Shown here: positions 1 to 8,087 of the stretch, piece after piece
Layout: each line of letters starts with the position of its first letter
How positions within the stretch are numbered: position 1 is the first letter of the stretch
From: Erysipelotrichaceae bacterium
GTDB lineage: Bacteria; Bacillota_I; Bacilli_A; Erysipelotrichales; Erysipelotrichaceae
Reading direction: 5' to 3'
Assembly: GCA_030604855.1 (NCBI GenBank)
Contig: JAUVVC010000001.1
Span: 30,001-62,000, forward strand
Length of the DNA: 32,000 nucleotides
Position numbers and translations under genes: made by a program
Notes under the pieces: model-generated
Told to the model about the DNA's origin: nothing
The model's input: only the letters and a program-made list of their open reading frames with translations
Databases searched by the model: none

Positions 1-560
1 TACTGCTTGAATACTATCAAAGTACGTACCTGGAACATGTGGATGAAGACAAAAAATTAACAGAATACTTATTGGAAGTGCAAAGAAAAAATCGATTGGA
101 TGCATATTCGCATTATGATGTTCAAGTCATCGTAGCTACTCTACAAACCTATATGCAAGATTTCGAAGTGAACGGATTTAAACATAAAGCAAAAAATGTA
201 ACATGTTTATCTTTCGTCAAGAAACGAGCTAAGATATTGCGTAAAGCAATCGAACAAAAAGAAGACCGTTTGAAACCTAATGATTTCAAACGGATCCATG
301 CTTACCGTATCGCGAACAAACGTCTCCGTTATGCACTTGAGTTGCTCAATCCTGATTTTGATGATGCATTCGATAAGCGAATAAAACGTTTGAAAGCAAA
401 AACCGATCAATTGGGAAATCGTTGTGATCTTTATGTCATGCAAGAAGACTTACATGCTTTACGTGTGATTTGGGATCAAAACAGCGAAAAGATGATTTCT
501 TTAAATGACTTTTTGATGTACATTTCATCTGAAATGACAAAGTCTGAAGCAAATGGATAA
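1..560 (+). CDS. CHAD domain-containing protein, C-terminal part (5' end lies outside the window)
   Basis: The frame of ORF 39..560 stays open back to base 3, so the gene starts upstream of the window. RIHAYRIANKRLRYALELL matches the hallmark K-R-L-R-Y-x-x-E helix of CHAD domains. Confidence 0.6.
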   Translation, partial: LLEYYQSTYLEHVDEDKKLTEYLLEVQRKNRLDAYSHYDVQVIVATLQTYMQDFEVNGFKHKAKNVTCLSFVKKRAKILRKAIEQKEDRLKPNDFKRIHAYRIANKRLRYALELLNPDFDDAFDKRIKRLKAKTDQLGNRCDLYVMQEDLHALRVIWDQNSEKMISLNDFLMYISSEMTKSEANG

Positions 561-616
561 AGCAATCACGATAATCTTTGTTAAACTAAAATAAAGTGCT
601 GCGAAAGGAAATCATT

Positions 617-1639
617 ATGAAACTTGGAATCGTTGGGGCGGGTATGATCGTCCATGATGTCTTGAGCTTTTTAACTCAGGTCAAAGGCATCGAAATCACT
701 GCGATCTGCAGTCGCAAATCAAGCTATGAAAAAGCAAAGCAATTGGCCCAACAGGCAGACATCCCTTTGGTGTATGAGGATTTGGAAGCGATGTTAGAGG
801 ATGATCAAATCGACGCGATCTACATTGGTGTACCCAATGATCAACACTTTGCCTTGGCGAAAACAGCCTTGTTGGCAAAGAAACATGTGCTCGTCGAAAA
901 ACCCTTCACCAGCAATCATCGTGAAGCTTTGGTTTTGGCAGATTTGGCAAAAGAACAGGGTTGCATTCTCTATGAAGCGGTTTCGACGCATCATCTTCCC
1001 AACATGCTTTATTTGAAAGAGGACTTGCCTAAACTGGGCGAAATTCGTATCGTCACTTTAAACTATTCACAATATTCAAGCCGCTATGATGCGTTTAAAC
1101 AAGGCGTCATCGCACCTGCTTTTGACCCGAAGTTGTCGGGTGGAGCTTTGATGGATCTGAACATCTACAACTTGAATTTTGTCTTAAACTTATTTGGTGA
1201 ACCAACGAATGTGGAATATTTCGCCAATGTTCAGAAGGGTATTGATACTTCAGGTATCTTGATTTTGGATTATCCAACGTTCAAATGTGTCTGTACAGGG
1301 GCTAAGGATTGTAAGGCTCCGCTCTTTAACAGCATTCAAGGGGAGAAGGGTTCGATCATCATTCAATCTTCAGTGAGTACCTTGGTTAATTACCAAGTAA
1401 TTCTTAATGATTCAACTAAGAAGCAAAGTTCAACGACTGAAGGTGAAATTTTCAACTACAGTGAAGGGAAACATCGTATGTTTGATGTCTTTGTGGAGTT
1501 TGAACGGATCGTTCGTGAGGATGATCGTACGCAAGCGCAGAAAATGTTGGATCTCAGTGTGTTGAGCATGAAGGTTCAAACAGAAGCAAGAATGAAAGCA
1601 GGCATCGTCTTTCCTGCAGACTTGAGTGAGGTGCAGTGA
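617..1639 (+). CDS. Gfo/Idh/MocA family NAD(P)-dependent oxidoreductase
   Basis: Lies in ORF 596..1639. The preferred start is ATG 617 (MKLGIVGAGMI, a Rossmann GxGxxG) after GAAAGGAAA. The VLVEKPF (EKP) motif is typical of the family. Confidence 0.85.
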   Translation: MKLGIVGAGMIVHDVLSFLTQVKGIEITAICSRKSSYEKAKQLAQQADIPLVYEDLEAMLEDDQIDAIYIGVPNDQHFALAKTALLAKKHVLVEKPFTSNHREALVLADLAKEQGCILYEAVSTHHLPNMLYLKEDLPKLGEIRIVTLNYSQYSSRYDAFKQGVIAPAFDPKLSGGALMDLNIYNLNFVLNLFGEPTNVEYFANVQKGIDTSGILILDYPTFKCVCTGAKDCKAPLFNSIQGEKGSIIIQSSVSTLVNYQVILNDSTKKQSSTTEGEIFNYSEGKHRMFDVFVEFERIVREDDRTQAQKMLDLSVLSMKVQTEARMKAGIVFPADLSEVQ

Positions 1640-2043
1640 TGAACTTCAATGAGTTCTTGCATGCCCAAGCCCTGGAGATGGGTTTGGAGGCGGTTCGTTT
1701 CGTGAAAGAGCGTCAATGGCGACGGATTGGAGTCCGCATCATTCTCCATGATGTCTTGGTTTTTCAATACTTGATGGACGGTAAGAACGAAGATAATTAC
1801 CTTCAAGGAAAGATCAATGTCGTTAAAGAGACAGGTCTGAGTTCGGATGAAGTTTACAATCGAAGAACAGAATTTGAACACTTGTTGGATAAAGCGGAAT
1901 ATTGCGTCAGTGGTGGAGCGGTTCCCATCCTTGTGAATAATGAACTTTACGGAGTCATCGCCATCTCAGGGATGACGCAAGAAAAAGATCATGCGTTGGC
2001 CATGGAAGTGCTCAAGAATGCGTATGATCGGGTGAAGGCGTGA
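1639..2043 (+). CDS. GlcG/HbpS-like (UPF0303-type, 'heme-degrading domain') small protein
   Basis: ATG 1639 overlaps the upstream stop (TGATG). The C-terminal GGAVPILVNNELYGVIAISGMTQEKDHALA pattern resembles the GlcG/DUF336/UPF0303 family. Confidence 0.6.
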   Translation: MNFNEFLHAQALEMGLEAVRFVKERQWRRIGVRIILHDVLVFQYLMDGKNEDNYLQGKINVVKETGLSSDEVYNRRTEFEHLLDKAEYCVSGGAVPILVNNELYGVIAISGMTQEKDHALAMEVLKNAYDRVKA

Positions 2044-3065
2044 GACCGATTGTGTGTGCGTTGATTGGAAATGGAAAAAGTGCCAATCGTTATCAACTTC
2101 CCTATATTTTGCAGAGAAAAGACAAGTTTCAGGTTAAAACAATCTATCAAAGAGACCTGTCGGTTTTTAAATGGAAGAAGATTGAAGATATCGAATATAC
2201 GGATGATTTAAATGCGATCTTATTGGATCCTGAGATTGAACTGGTCATCGTGACCTTGCCTTCGCATCTTCATTATGAATACGCGAAGAAAGTGCTTGAG
2301 GCAGGTAAACATTGTGTCGTTGAGAAGCCTTTCACGGAAACACGTGCTCAAGCGGAAGTGCTTTTTGAGCTTGCGAAGGGTAAGGGTTTGATGATTCAGT
2401 GTTATCAGAATCGACGTTTTGACAGTGACCTGCTTACAGCACAAAACGTGATGGCGAGTGCTGTCTTAGGGGATCTACAAGAAATGGAATTGACCTTTGA
2501 TTACGACCGACCTGAAGTGCCTTTAAGCAGTACAGGTTTCAGTCGGATTCATTCCTACTATTATGGACACGCTTGTCACTCCTTGGACCAAGTGATTTCA
2601 CTCTTTGGCAAACCAGATCGTATTGTGTACGATGTGCGACAACTTCTGGGTCCAGGAAGATTGAATGATTATTTTGATGTGGATCTGTTCTATGGGTTGA
2701 TGAAAGTGTCGCTCAAATCCAGTTACTTTCGGGTTGTCCCAAGACCGAGTTTGACCTTGTATGGATCCAAGGGTATGTTTGTCAAACACAAGAAAGATAA
2801 ACAAGAAGAACATTTGAAGCAATTCATTTGGCCGGATTGGGAAGGTTTTGGCAAAGATGAAGTTGAAGATTATGGTATCTTAAGTGTGCGCGACGAAAAT
2901 GGTCATGCACAGTCTTCAAGAGTTGAAACAGTGACAGGCGATTATGGACGCTATTACGATGCCTTGTATCAAACATTACGTTACAATGAACCGAAGTTGG
3001 TTAAAGATGAGCATACCTTATGGCAACTTGAATTCTTAGAGGAAGGCATCAAAGACTTGAAATAA
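2040..3065 (+). CDS. Gfo/Idh/MocA family oxidoreductase (YdgJ/YhhX-like)
   Basis: GTG 2040 overlaps the upstream stop (GTGA). It has an N-terminal ALIGNGKSANRY dinucleotide fold and a VVEKPF motif. Confidence 0.8.
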   Translation: MRPIVCALIGNGKSANRYQLPYILQRKDKFQVKTIYQRDLSVFKWKKIEDIEYTDDLNAILLDPEIELVIVTLPSHLHYEYAKKVLEAGKHCVVEKPFTETRAQAEVLFELAKGKGLMIQCYQNRRFDSDLLTAQNVMASAVLGDLQEMELTFDYDRPEVPLSSTGFSRIHSYYYGHACHSLDQVISLFGKPDRIVYDVRQLLGPGRLNDYFDVDLFYGLMKVSLKSSYFRVVPRPSLTLYGSKGMFVKHKKDKQEEHLKQFIWPDWEGFGKDEVEDYGILSVRDENGHAQSSRVETVTGDYGRYYDALYQTLRYNEPKLVKDEHTLWQLEFLEEGIKDLK

Positions 3066-3100
3066 AAAACACGGAAGCTAAACAACAGCTTCCGTGTTTT
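3066..3100. terminator. Bidirectional rho-independent terminator between convergent genes
   Basis: AAAAA-CACGGAAGCT-aaacaac-AGCTTCCGTG-TTTT: a perfect 10-bp stem flanked by an A-run and a T-run. The stop of the minus-strand symporter (3078-3080) sits inside it. Confidence 0.85.
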
Positions 3101-4391
3101 GATTGTAGATCTCTTCGTTGAGATGACCAGTTTTCTTGGCCACGATGAGGGTTGCGGTTGCGGCACCGGTCACATTGGTGGCAGTACGTCCCATATCCAC
3201 TAGACTTGAGATCGGTGTCATCAAGACGATGACATCCAAAGGGAGCCCCATGCTTGCGAAAACAGCAGTTGCCGTGATGGTGGCAGTACCTGGAACGCCT
3301 ACGGTTCCAATCGAAACCAAGACGGTTGTCCCAATCAACATCGCATATTGTGCAAGTGTGAAGGGGATACCCAAGGCATTGATGGCAAAGACAGCCAACA
3401 TGGTTGGCCAGATACCAGCACATCCAGGCATGCCCATGTTTGCGCCTAAGGTTGCGACGAAGGATGCCACATCTTCATGGATACCGAGGTTTTCTTTAAG
3501 TTGACGAATAGTTACGGGAAGTGTCCCGATCGATGATTGTGAGGTGAAGGCTACGATTTGAGCGGGGAAGATGCCTTTGAAGAAACGAATTGGATTTACT
3601 TTAGCAACGAGTGCGATGAGGGTTCCATGAACCAAGAAGGTCTGAGCAATCAACATCAAATAGGCAACGAGTACAGGTAGAGTCAAGACCCAAAGATCGA
3701 CATTCGCACTGTGACGACTGGTCGCATAAGCAATTAGGGATAAAACGGCATAAGGCGTCAGTTTGATGATGGAGCGAACAATCCCAAAGAGAATTGTATT
3801 TAAAGCATCAATGCCATCTTTGAAAGTTGAGAGAGAAGGAATTCGTTCACGTAACTTAACGAAGGTGAAGCCGATCATTAATGCAAAAATCAATAGGGGA
3901 ATGATTTCTTGATTTGCTGCATGTGCGAAAATATTACGTGGGAAAAGATTAAGGATTGTTTCTAGTAATGTTGGGACCGTTGCGGTGCTGGCTTCACTGC
4001 TTTCAAGAATCGTCACACCAACGCCTAAATTGAAGAGCTTGGATACGACAACGCCTAAGATGGCAGCAACTAGCGTGTTCAAACTCAACCAGAAGATCGA
4101 ACCCAAGCCGATGGATTTCAGTTTCGCAGTACTCTCCAATTGAATGATGGAAGCGATGACACTGACGAAAATCAGAGGGACCACGATTGCGGAGATCAAG
4201 CGTGTGTAAATCTGCCCAAAGATACGAACCAAGTCCACATGCCCTTGAAAGACTAGACCGATAAGAATACCGAAAATCATTGCGATAAGTGTACGGATGC
4301 CAAAGTTGACTTTGCGTTTAGCTAAATAGAATAATAAACCAAATAAAATGAGTGTCGTGCCTAAAGCACTGATTGCGTTTATGGTGAACAT
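3078..4391 (-). CDS. Dicarboxylate/amino acid:cation symporter (DAACS) family, L-cystine carrier TcyP/YhcL-like
   Basis: 437-aa polytopic protein with the DAACS motifs AFTSQSS and VDMGRTATNV. It has GMPGCAGIWPTMLAV where glutamate carriers have NMDGTALY, which as I recall is the TcyP-type pattern. The N-terminal LFYLAKRKVNF also resembles TcyP. SD AAAGGA precedes the ATG. Confidence 0.8.
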   Translation of the reverse strand: MFTINAISALGTTLILFGLLFYLAKRKVNFGIRTLIAMIFGILIGLVFQGHVDLVRIFGQIYTRLISAIVVPLIFVSVIASIIQLESTAKLKSIGLGSIFWLSLNTLVAAILGVVVSKLFNLGVGVTILESSEASTATVPTLLETILNLFPRNIFAHAANQEIIPLLIFALMIGFTFVKLRERIPSLSTFKDGIDALNTILFGIVRSIIKLTPYAVLSLIAYATSRHSANVDLWVLTLPVLVAYLMLIAQTFLVHGTLIALVAKVNPIRFFKGIFPAQIVAFTSQSSIGTLPVTIRQLKENLGIHEDVASFVATLGANMGMPGCAGIWPTMLAVFAINALGIPFTLAQYAMLIGTTVLVSIGTVGVPGTATITATAVFASMGLPLDVIVLMTPISSLVDMGRTATNVTGAATATLIVAKKTGHLNEEIYNQNTEAVV

Positions 4392-4403
4392 AAATTTCCT
4401 TTC

Positions 4404-4430
4404 ATAAAAAAACAGGTCGAAAACCTGTTG
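4404..4430 (-). terminator. Intrinsic terminator inside the 5' leader of the symporter gene (attenuator)
   Basis: The minus strand reads CAACAGGU-UUUCG-ACCUGUU-UUUUUAUG: a 7-bp stem followed by a U-run, ending only about 12 nt before the SD of the symporter. Confidence 0.7.
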
Positions 4431-4462
4431 AAAATGCTAAATGGTTCTCAGTTTAGCGAAAT

Positions 4463-4510
4463 TCAACATCGATTGTGACAACATACAATTCTATTTAATC
4501 GGAATGACAT
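4463..4510 (-). CDS. Candidate 15-aa leader peptide MSFRLNRIVCCHNRC (3 Cys codons)
   Basis: AGGAG (4521-4525, minus strand), a 10-nt spacer, then ATG 4510. The ORF ends at TGA 4463-4465. It lies between the promoter and the leader terminator and is embedded in mutually exclusive pairings. It is too short for the ORF track. Confidence 0.4.
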   Translation of the reverse strand: MSFRLNRIVCCHNRC

Positions 4511-4558
4511 TGTTGAATTGCTCCTAACATAGTAAACATACTAGTGAACTATGTATAG

Positions 4559-4587
4559 ATTATGCAACAATATTCGAATCCTGTCAA
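4559..4587 (-). promoter_or_regulatory. Sigma-A type promoter for the symporter leader
   Basis: The minus strand reads TTGACA (4587-4582), a 17-nt spacer, then CATAAT (4564-4559). Confidence 0.55.
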
Positions 4588-4655
4588 TATGAAAGATCCG
4601 GCTAAGAATAGAACTGTGAATGATATTGTAAGAATTTTCAAATTTATGAAACTAA

Positions 4656-4685
4656 TTGACATTATCAAAATCAGAAGTCTATAAT
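4656..4685 (+). promoter_or_regulatory. Sigma-A type promoter for the T-box operon
   Basis: TTGACA (4656-4661), an 18-nt spacer, then TATAAT (4680-4685), about 15 nt upstream of Stem I. Confidence 0.65.
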
Positions 4686-4700
4686 TGAATTAAATTGAAA

Positions 4701-4942
4701 CGCTTTGAAGAGAAGAGTAGTCTGTGTGGCGTTGGTAGAGAACCCTGAAGTGGTGAAAAGGGGAATCAAACACAGGTGAACATGGTCTTGGAGCGGCATA
4801 CCGAAGGGAAACCTAAGGCTATGACGGACGATTCCGTTATAAATCTAGAGTATGTCTTGTACTCGAAGAGATTCGATCAGCGATGAGCGAATGAACAAAG
4901 GTGGTATCACGGTTTGACCCTCGTCCTTGGATGGGGGTTTTT
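4701..4942 (+). promoter_or_regulatory. T-box riboswitch leader (specifier most likely AUG, Met)
   Basis: Stem I carries GAAGAGUAG (GA/S-turn), an AGAGA bulge and a GGUGAAA distal loop. An F-box CCGUUA is present. The T-box sequence AAAGGUGGUAUCACGG lies at 4897-4912. The terminator ACCCUCGUC-CUUG-GAUGGGGGU + UUUU lies at 4917-4942. Confidence 0.9.
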
Positions 4943-4965
4943 ACGTTTAAAAGGAGAAAAGGGAA

Positions 4966-5544
4966 ATGCAGAAGAAAAATCTAGCACAGCTTATTCTAGG
5001 GGATTGGAATACGAAGACAGTGGTTGGAGTCGCGATTGGTGCAGCGTTGTTTGGGGTCTTGATGGTCTATGGTGGGGTCAAAGTCTTCACGAATACCAAT
5101 CTGACCACAGCGATGTTGATTCCGGTCATTGTTGGGGCATTGTTTGGACCCGTACCGGCCTTGGTGGCGTGTTTCTTTGGAAATGTCATCGCCGATTTGA
5201 TCGGGGGTTGGGGTTTCTGGTTTGACTGGTCGATTGGCAATGGTGTCTTGGGCTTCTTCGTTGGCTTATTGCCGTTGTATGGCGCAGACATCAATAAAGG
5301 GGTCTTTACGGTTAAGCATGCCGTCATCTTTGCCTTGGTTGCCATCTTGGGCAATGCCTTGGCTTTTGGTGTCGTGACACCTTTGTTCACACTCTTGTTC
5401 TTTGGTGGAGAATTGAACATCACTTTCCTACAGTCCTTGACCGGTGGTGCTTCCAATGTCTTGGTTCTCACCGTATTGGGCATTCCTTTGTTGTTTGCTT
5501 TGGCGAAACGCAACGCAAGTTCACAAAATTTGGTCAAAGAATAA
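4966..5544 (+). CDS. ECF transporter substrate-specific (S) component, substrate unknown
   Basis: 192-aa, roughly 6-TM hydrophobic protein directly followed by ECF A-A' and T genes. The SD AAAGGAGAAAAGGGAA precedes the ATG. Confidence 0.8.
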   Translation: MQKKNLAQLILGDWNTKTVVGVAIGAALFGVLMVYGGVKVFTNTNLTTAMLIPVIVGALFGPVPALVACFFGNVIADLIGGWGFWFDWSIGNGVLGFFVGLLPLYGADINKGVFTVKHAVIFALVAILGNALAFGVVTPLFTLLFFGGELNITFLQSLTGGASNVLVLTVLGIPLLFALAKRNASSQNLVKE

Positions 5545-5545
5545 C

Positions 5546-7237
5546 ATGCATAAAGAACCCTTGATCGTCTTCGATCATTTCAGTTTCCGCTATGCTTCAC
5601 AACAGGTGGAAACCCTTAAAAACATTCATCTCACCATTTATAAAGGTGAGAAGGTTTTAATCATCGGTCAAAGCGGCAGTGGGAAGAGTACTTTGGTGCA
5701 TTGCATCAATGGTTTGATTCCCAATTCGTTCAAGGGCGAAATACGTGGATCGTGTACCGTTGCTGGCATGGATATCAGCCATGCCAGCATCTTTTCTTTG
5801 AGTAAACAAGTGGGTACGGTGCTTCAAGACTCCGATGCCCAGTTTGTCGCCTTGTGTGTAGGAGAGGATGTGGCCTTTGCCCTTGAAAATCAAGCGATTG
5901 AAAGAAAAGAAATGATCCCCTTGGTTAAGAAAGCGACGGATAAAGTCGGGATGTCTGATTTTTTGATGCAGGTGCCCTATACGCTTTCAGGTGGCCAAAA
6001 ACAGAAAGTTTCCTTGGCCGGTGTCTTGCACGAAAATGTGAGTATCCTGCTTTTTGATGAACCCTTGGCCAGCTTAGATCCCTTTTCGGGGATGCAAGCG
6101 ATTGAACTCATCGATGCGATCCATCAAGAAGATCGCACGGTCATCATTGTCGAGCATCGTTTGGAAGATGTCATGCATCGTGAGATCGATCGTGTCATTG
6201 TCATGCATGAGGGAGAGATCGTCTATGATGGGGATTTGAATGCTTTGTTAAAAGCAAATATTCTCATTCACTATGGACTGAGGGAACCCTTGTATCTACA
6301 GGCTTTGAATTATGCAAAGATCCCTTTCAGCACCTTTGAAGATGTGACTGACATAAAAAGAATGAATTTTAGTGCAGTTCAAGGTGAATTGAAATCATTT
6401 GTGCCAAAACAGCTCCATAAGCGAATTGATCGTTCTGAAGTACTTTTAACGGTTAAAGACATCCATTTTGCTTATGATGTGAAGCCGGTTCTCAAGGACA
6501 TCCATTTCACGGTTCATCGGGGTGAGCGACTGGCCTTTGTCGGGAAGAATGGGGCAGGTAAGAGTACGATGGCCAAACTATTGTGTGCTTTCGTCCGTCC
6601 AGAAAAGGGTTCGATTGAGTTGAGTGGAACGGATATCAAAGTCTTGACCATCAAAGAAGTGGGCCAAAGAATTGGCTACGTCATGCAGAACCCGAATCAT
6701 ATGATCGTCAAACATTTGATCAAAGATGAGGTACGTTTCGCTCTGGAAAATCAAAGTCTTACCAATGAACAGATCGATGATCGTGTCGAAGATGCCCTTA
6801 AGATCTGTGGCCTGCATTCCATGCGTAATTGGCCGGTATCCGCTGTCAGTTATGGTCAGCGCAAACGTATCACGGTTGCGGCAATCCTTGCTTTAAACCC
6901 AGATATCTTGATCTTAGATGAACCCACTGCCGGTCAGGATTATGCTCATTACTCTGAAATCATGGATTTCTTGGATCAGTTGAACAATGACCATGGCATC
7001 ACCTTCATCTTCATCACTCACGACATGCATCTGGCAATTGAATATACCGATCGAGCCTTGGTGTTTGCGGATGGGGAGTTGATCGCGGATGATGAGATTC
7101 AAGCCATATTGTCGAATCCAGACATCATTGAAAAAGCCAATCTCAAGCAAACATCCTTATATTACCTCGCACAAGCCTGTGGTATAGCGGTTGAACCCTT
7201 TATCCGTTCATTCATTGAACAACGGAGTCAAGCATGA
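5546..7237 (+). CDS. ECF transporter fused ATPase (EcfA-EcfA' duplicated ABC domains)
   Basis: Two ABC cassettes: Walker A GQSGSGKST and GKNGAGKST, signatures LSGGQKQKV and VSYGQRKRI, Walker B LLFDEP and LILDEP. ATG 5546 (MHKEPLIVFDHF) is preferred over the 5444 extension, which overlaps the S gene. Confidence 0.9.
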   Translation: MHKEPLIVFDHFSFRYASQQVETLKNIHLTIYKGEKVLIIGQSGSGKSTLVHCINGLIPNSFKGEIRGSCTVAGMDISHASIFSLSKQVGTVLQDSDAQFVALCVGEDVAFALENQAIERKEMIPLVKKATDKVGMSDFLMQVPYTLSGGQKQKVSLAGVLHENVSILLFDEPLASLDPFSGMQAIELIDAIHQEDRTVIIVEHRLEDVMHREIDRVIVMHEGEIVYDGDLNALLKANILIHYGLREPLYLQALNYAKIPFSTFEDVTDIKRMNFSAVQGELKSFVPKQLHKRIDRSEVLLTVKDIHFAYDVKPVLKDIHFTVHRGERLAFVGKNGAGKSTMAKLLCAFVRPEKGSIELSGTDIKVLTIKEVGQRIGYVMQNPNHMIVKHLIKDEVRFALENQSLTNEQIDDRVEDALKICGLHSMRNWPVSAVSYGQRKRITVAAILALNPDILILDEPTAGQDYAHYSEIMDFLDQLNNDHGITFIFITHDMHLAIEYTDRALVFADGELIADDEIQAILSNPDIIEKANLKQTSLYYLAQACGIAVEPFIRSFIEQRSQA

Positions 7238-8079
7238 AGCAGTTCGTCATCAATGTCACCCCGGGTCCAACTTTTCTTCACCACTTGAGTGGCAAGACCA
7301 AGGTCATGCTTTTCGGAACGTTCATCTTTTATACCTTGATGTCCTTTGATGTGCGTTTGCTTCTACCATTGTTCATTCTGTGTTTGGTCGCACTCATCAG
7401 TTTGAAACCCAATTGGAAAGTGGTCATCGCGCTCTTCACATTCATCTTCTTCATGAATCTGATCAATCTTGTTCTTTTTTGGTTGGTGGATCCGGATGTG
7501 GGTCAGTATTACACGACGGACACACGTACCATTCTGCTAAGCTTAGGAAATTTCTTCTTGAGTCGTGAAACCTTTTGGTATCTGTTGATTCGACAACTCA
7601 AATTAATGACCAGCTTCATGGTTTCCTTGACGTTTATCTTAGCCATCACACCATCTGAATTTGCGGCAGGTTTGTATGGCCTCGGTTTACCGTATAAAGT
7701 CTGTACGGTGGTTTCTTTGGCTTTCCGTTACATTCCAGATATCGCCAATGATTATGAAAACATCAAGATATCACTTCAAGCGCGTGGTTTGGAGATGGAT
7801 AAGCGTAAACTTAATCTCTTCAAGCGTTTGAAAGACAATCTTTTCATTTTATTGCCTTTGATCATCAGTTCATTTGATCGCATCGGGAATATTGCGAATG
7901 CCTTGGATCTTAGAGCCTATGGTTTATTGAAAAAGAGAACGTATTATGCTGAACATGAACCCACCAAGGCGGATCATGTCTTTCGTTTCATCGCGATTGC
8001 GGTTTTAGTGTTCAGTTTTGCTTGGATTGGATCACGGATGATCTGGCCTCCGGTCACACAAATGTGGACCCCCTTTTAA
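7234..8079 (+). CDS. ecfT: ECF transporter transmembrane (T) component, CbiQ/EcfT family
   Basis: ATGA overlap with the ATPase stop. It is a polytopic protein with the coupling-helix region SLQARGLE and ANALDLRAY (A-R-G / A-x-x-x-R motifs). Confidence 0.85.
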   Translation: MKQFVINVTPGPTFLHHLSGKTKVMLFGTFIFYTLMSFDVRLLLPLFILCLVALISLKPNWKVVIALFTFIFFMNLINLVLFWLVDPDVGQYYTTDTRTILLSLGNFFLSRETFWYLLIRQLKLMTSFMVSLTFILAITPSEFAAGLYGLGLPYKVCTVVSLAFRYIPDIANDYENIKISLQARGLEMDKRKLNLFKRLKDNLFILLPLIISSFDRIGNIANALDLRAYGLLKKRTYYAEHEPTKADHVFRFIAIAVLVFSFAWIGSRMIWPPVTQMWTPF

Positions 8080-8087
8080 GGAGCAAT

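Noticed and set aside
3049-3504. ORFs 3049..3423 (-, 124 aa) and 3136..3504 (+, 122 aa) overlapping the symporter gene
   Set aside because: These are alternative-frame or antisense shadows of a clearly homologous 437-aa transporter gene. The sequences are Cys/His/Arg-rich or Ala/Val-rich with no motifs or SD.
4781-4783. CAU (His) as the T-box specifier codon
   Set aside because: It overlaps AUG by two bases and follows GAA directly. However, it would leave an extra nucleotide before the lower helix. The antiterminator UGGU bulge fits an A73 discriminator, not the C73 of tRNA-His. The downstream SAM-to-Met enzymes also fit Met. It is kept only as the minority alternative.
4914-5537. ORFs 4914..5225 (+, 103 aa) and 5067..5537 (-, 156 aa) around the ECF S-component gene
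   Set aside because: The first starts inside the T-box terminator and runs out of frame through the S gene. The second is antisense to it. Both have Gly/Trp-rich or Lys/Pro-rich shadow compositions.
5444-5545. N-terminal extensions offered by the ORF track (5444, 8022, 9385, 10130, 23546, 29698 starts)
   Set aside because: Each extension overlaps the preceding gene or a terminator and lacks an SD. In every case an internal ATG with a good SD begins the conserved family N-terminus (5546, 8088, 9409, 10241, 23642, 29827).
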